DNA from: an uncultured Sphingomonadaceae bacterium
GTDB taxonomy: Bacteria; Pseudomonadota; Alphaproteobacteria; Sphingomonadales; Sphingomonadaceae
Direction: 5' to 3'
NCBI GenBank assembly: GCA_947488845.1
Contig: CANLBM010000002.1
Location: forward strand, 86,799 to 150,798
DNA: 64,000 nucleotides
Shown: positions 60,616 through 64,000 of the stretch, piece after piece
Layout of the letters: each line of letters starts with the position of its first letter
Numbering within the stretch: position 1 is the first letter of the stretch
Translations under genes and position numbers: made by a program
Notes under the pieces: generated by a model
The model's input: the letters and a program-made list of their open reading frames with translations, nothing else
Told to the model about the DNA's origin: nothing
Databases searched by the model: none

Positions 60616-61647
60616 TTACAGTTCCGGCCCGCCCTCAGCCACCGTCCAGGTCTGCCCCTTGCTCAGCAAAGCCTGCAAATCCGGCGTCTTTCCAGCCGCT
60701 GCCGCTTCATTCTGCGCCACAACAGCCGATTCAAATGTCGGCCGCGGATCGTCATAGAGCACGCCCAAAGCCATCGGGAATTCGCCGAACTGCATTTCGA
60801 TCAGCATATGCGCCACCGAACGGTTGGTGACATCATGGACAATCACGTCAGCCGCTTCCCAGTCGCCGTCGACAATATCAACGACTTCGAGCTGCAGGGT
60901 CTTGCGATTGAGCGTGATACCCTTGGTGCCCTTGCCGAACAGCATCGGTTCGCCGTTCATCAGATGCAATTGCGTGTCGGCTGCGGTTTTCTTCGCCGCA
61001 AATTCCTCGAACACATCCTTGTTATAGACGATGCAATTCTGGAAAATCTCTATGAAGGACGTGCCCTTGTGCGCGTGAGCGGCCTTGAGTACGTCGGGCA
61101 GGCCCTTGTGAATATCGATACCCCGAGCAACAAAGCGCGCCCCGGCACCCAGCGCAAAGGCACAGGGCGAAGCAGGCCGGTCGACCGAACCGTAAGGCGT
61201 CGAAGGGCTTTGCGTGCCCTGACGGCTGGTCGGCGAATATTGGCCCTTGGTCAGTCCGTAAATCTCGTTGTTGAACAGCATCACCTGGCAATCAAGATTG
61301 CGGCGCAGCAAGTGCATCGTGTGATTGCCGCCGATCGACAGCGCGTCGCCATCGCCTGTGATGATCCATACGTCGAGTTCGGGATTGGCCAGCTTGACGC
61401 CGGTAGCCACCGCCGGCGCGCGACCATGAATCGTATGGAAGCCGTAGGTCTCCATATAATAAGGAAAGCGCGAGGAGCAGCCGATACCGCTGACAAAAAC
61501 CGTCTTGGACGGATCGGCACCCAGATCGGGCATGGTCCGCTGTACGGCCTTCAAAATGGCATAATCGCCACAACCGGGGCACCAGCGTACTTCCTGGTCG
61601 GTTTCCCAGTCTTTCAATGTGGTCGTGATTTTGGTCATCTCGTTCAT
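60616..61647 (-). CDS. korB: 2-oxoacid:ferredoxin oxidoreductase beta subunit
   Basis: WCPGCGD, SGIGCSSR, HGRA, GDGD..SIGGNH, NNEIYGLTKGQ.SPT. Confidence 0.93.
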   Translation of the reverse strand: MNEMTKITTTLKDWETDQEVRWCPGCGDYAILKAVQRTMPDLGADPSKTVFVSGIGCSSRFPYYMETYGFHTIHGRAPAVATGVKLANPELDVWIITGDGDALSIGGNHTMHLLRRNLDCQVMLFNNEIYGLTKGQYSPTSRQGTQSPSTPYGSVDRPASPCAFALGAGARFVARGIDIHKGLPDVLKAAHAHKGTSFIEIFQNCIVYNKDVFEEFAAKKTAADTQLHLMNGEPMLFGKGTKGITLNRKTLQLEVVDIVDGDWEAADVIVHDVTNRSVAHMLIEMQFGEFPMALGVLYDDPRPTFESAVVAQNEAAAAGKTPDLQALLSKGQTWTVAEGGPEL

Positions 61648-63533
61648 GACAAATTCTCCTCAATCGCCGTCTCGATCTCGGCGATGGTAAACGGCTGGCC
61701 GGAAACCTTGTTCACGGGCTTGGCATCGACCAGATATTGGTCACGCAACAACGTTTTCAGCTGTCCCATATTCATTTCCGGTACGATCACGCGTTCGTAG
61801 CTTTTCAGCAAGTCGCCGAGATTTTTCGGCATCGGCCAGATATTCCGGATGTGGATATGGGCGACATCCTTGCCCGCTTCGACAGCCCGACGGACCGCCT
61901 GATGGATCGGCCCGAAGGTCGACCCCCAGCCGACGACCGCCAGCTTGCCGCCTGCCTTGCCCAGCGCGACATCCTGATCGGGAACGCTGTCCGCAACTCC
62001 GAGGACCTTGTCACGACGGATTTCGGTCATCTTCTGGTGGTTGGCGGCACCATAATCAATATGTCCGGTATCAATGCCTTTTTCGATGCCGCCGATACGA
62101 TGCATCAATCCCGGCGTGCCCGGCTTGATCCATGGCCGCGCCAGCTTCTCGTCGCGGGCATAAGGCTTCAACCCGCCTTCCGGCATCGTTTCCAGGAAGG
62201 TGGTCGGGAAAGGCTCCAGACCGCTAACATCCGGGATCTTCCACGGCTCCGCGGCATTGGCGATATAGCCGTCGGTGAGCAGCATCACGGGAGTCATATA
62301 TTGCACCGCTATCCGCACCGCCTCGATCGCACATTCAAACGCATCGCTGGGCGAGCGCGCTGCAATGATCGGCATCGGCGCGTCGCCATTGCGGCCATAG
62401 ACAGCCTGATAGAGATCCGATTGCTCGGTCTTGGTCGGAAGACCGGTCGAAGGCCCGCCGCGCTGCGAATTGACAATCACCAAGGGTAGCTCGGTCATGA
62501 TCGCCAGCCCCATCGCCTCGCCTTTCAGCGCAATGCCGGGCCCGGACGATGAGGTGATACCGAGTTTACCGGCATAGCTCGCGCCGATCGCTGCAGCAAT
62601 TGCGGCGATTTCGTCTTCCGCCTGGAATGTGGTTACGCCAAATTCCTTCAACCGCGACAGGTGATGCAGGATCGCCGAGGCCGGAGTGATCGGATAACCG
62701 CCAAAGAACATCGGCAAGCCGGCCAGTTGCGCGCCAGCGACCAGACCGAGCGACAGCGCTTCCGCGCCCGTTACCGTCCGGTATTTGCCCGGTGCCGAGG
62801 GAGCGGCACCGACCGTGCGCGAGGTCAGATGGCCGCTGCCAAGTCCGTCACCGGACAGTTCTGCCGTCTCGCCATAAGCATGGCCGGCGTTGAGCGCCGC
62901 GATATTGGCTTCCGCAACATCAGGCAATTTCGCGAATTTGCCTTTCAGCCAGTCGACAATCGGCTGCCGGTCGCGCTCGAACATCCACAGCGCCAGCCCC
63001 AGCGTCCACATATTCTTGCAGCGCAGGGCTTCCTTGTTGCCCAGTCCGAACGGCTTCACCGCTTCGAGCGTCAGCGCGGAAATATCCAGCTTGAGCAATT
63101 GCCATTTCGCCAGCGAACCGTCTTCCAGCGGATTATTCTCATATTTCGCTTTGTCGAGGTTCCGTTTTCCGAACTCGCCGGCGTCAGCAATGATCAGACC
63201 GCCTGCACGCAGCGCATCGACATTGGTCTTCAGCGCTGCCGGGTTCATCGCGATCAGCACATCGGGCTGGTCACCAGCGGTTTCGATCGCACGACTGCCG
63301 AAGTTGATCTGGAAAGCGGACACACCGAACAGGGTTCCCTGCGGCGCCCGGATTTCAGCCGGAAAATCGGGAAAGGTCGCAAGATCACTGCCCGCCAGCG
63401 CCGTCGACAGAGTGAACTGTCCTCCGGTTAGCTGCATCCCGTCGCCACTATCTCCGGCGAAACGGACGACAACATTTTCTGCGCCGTCACTATTGGGACT
63501 ATTCGGTTGTTCCTGCTTCAATGCGGTGGCCAT
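61644..63533 (-). CDS. korA: 2-oxoacid:acceptor oxidoreductase alpha subunit (gamma-alpha fusion)
   Basis: AGDSGDGMQLTG, YPITPAS, QAEDEIAA, TSSSGPG, QRGGPSTGLPTKTEQSDL. Confidence 0.93.
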   Translation of the reverse strand: MATALKQEQPNSPNSDGAENVVVRFAGDSGDGMQLTGGQFTLSTALAGSDLATFPDFPAEIRAPQGTLFGVSAFQINFGSRAIETAGDQPDVLIAMNPAALKTNVDALRAGGLIIADAGEFGKRNLDKAKYENNPLEDGSLAKWQLLKLDISALTLEAVKPFGLGNKEALRCKNMWTLGLALWMFERDRQPIVDWLKGKFAKLPDVAEANIAALNAGHAYGETAELSGDGLGSGHLTSRTVGAAPSAPGKYRTVTGAEALSLGLVAGAQLAGLPMFFGGYPITPASAILHHLSRLKEFGVTTFQAEDEIAAIAAAIGASYAGKLGITSSSGPGIALKGEAMGLAIMTELPLVIVNSQRGGPSTGLPTKTEQSDLYQAVYGRNGDAPMPIIAARSPSDAFECAIEAVRIAVQYMTPVMLLTDGYIANAAEPWKIPDVSGLEPFPTTFLETMPEGGLKPYARDEKLARPWIKPGTPGLMHRIGGIEKGIDTGHIDYGAANHQKMTEIRRDKVLGVADSVPDQDVALGKAGGKLAVVGWGSTFGPIHQAVRRAVEAGKDVAHIHIRNIWPMPKNLGDLLKSYERVIVPEMNMGQLKTLLRDQYLVDAKPVNKVSGQPFTIAEIETAIEENLS

Positions 63534-63714
63534 AATGGATTTTCCGTGCCTTTATTATTATTACGCATCCCGCTCTAGAGCAGCAATGCGCCCCGCTTCA
63601 AACCACAAAAACTAATAGGGATAAAGCATTTGTTTGGGACGCCCGTCCCGATTAGCGCTTGCCTAGTGAACGCGGCCTGATCTAATCGGTCAATTAAACG
63701 CTAGGAGATGATCG

Positions 63715-64000
63715 ATGACCGACGCTTATGTACGCCCTGATGTACAGATGATTTTGACGATGATGGCCCAATCCGACCAGCCGCTGATGTCGGAAGTCGA
63801 TCCCGCTGCAGCCCGTGAAATGTATAATATGATGGCCGCAATGCTCGAAGCCGACGCGGTCGAACTGCCACGGATCGAGGATATCGCCTGCCCCGGTCCA
63901 GCCGGTGATATAGCGCTCCGCCTATATGATAGCCAAGCCGAACGAAGCGCAGAAACACCTGTCATCATATTTTACCATGGCGGCGGTTTTGTCATTGGTG
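63715..64000 (+). CDS. HSL-family alpha/beta hydrolase (esterase), truncated by the window end
   Basis: Translated by hand: MTDAYVRPDV...PGPAGDIALRLY...PVIIFYHGGGFVIG (HGGG oxyanion motif); AGGAG upstream. Confidence 0.85.
   Translation, partial: MTDAYVRPDVQMILTMMAQSDQPLMSEVDPAAAREMYNMMAAMLEADAVELPRIEDIACPGPAGDIALRLYDSQAERSAETPVIIFYHGGGFVIG

Noticed and set aside
60616-63533. korAB in a probable aerobe
   Set aside because: To my knowledge widespread in Sphingomonadales; the genes look intact and ordinary.

Overview
Chromosomal window of an alphaproteobacterium. Gene content and order (gcrA-parE, recO-uvrC, atpIBEF'F, ydbH-ynbE-ydbL, radC-purB, pyrF-trpFBA-accD-folC, korAB) point to Sphingomonadales. 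It is mostly GC-rich housekeeping sequence; I found no rRNA, tRNA, CRISPR array, integrase or IS transposase. The accessory signal is small-scale and sits at gene junctions. (1) A 464-bp cassette made of a GxxExxY (PD-(D/E)XK-type) nuclease gene (~48% GC) between 28-bp inverted repeats built of tandem 8-mers fills the korB-hydrolase junction, with a possible degenerate target duplication; this is the best candidate for an undescribed minimal mobile system. (2) Three families of paired palindromic (REP/MITE-like) repeats plus an AT-rich 64-codon ORF occupy every junction from pyrF to folC, and more copies lie near rluB and uvrD. (3) The ATP synthase c subunit carries a ~32-aa repetitive Ala/Glu/Pro/Val C-terminal tail. 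(4) Also present: a divergent 6-phosphofructokinase between radC and purB, a ~4.4-kb LysR-nfsB-cupin-SDR-mntP block, a type II toxin-antitoxin pair, several small ORFs missing from the ORF track, and candidate LexA, LiuR-like and Fur/Mur-like operators. All product calls come from motif recognition by eye; no database search was run, and the GC values are hand counts.
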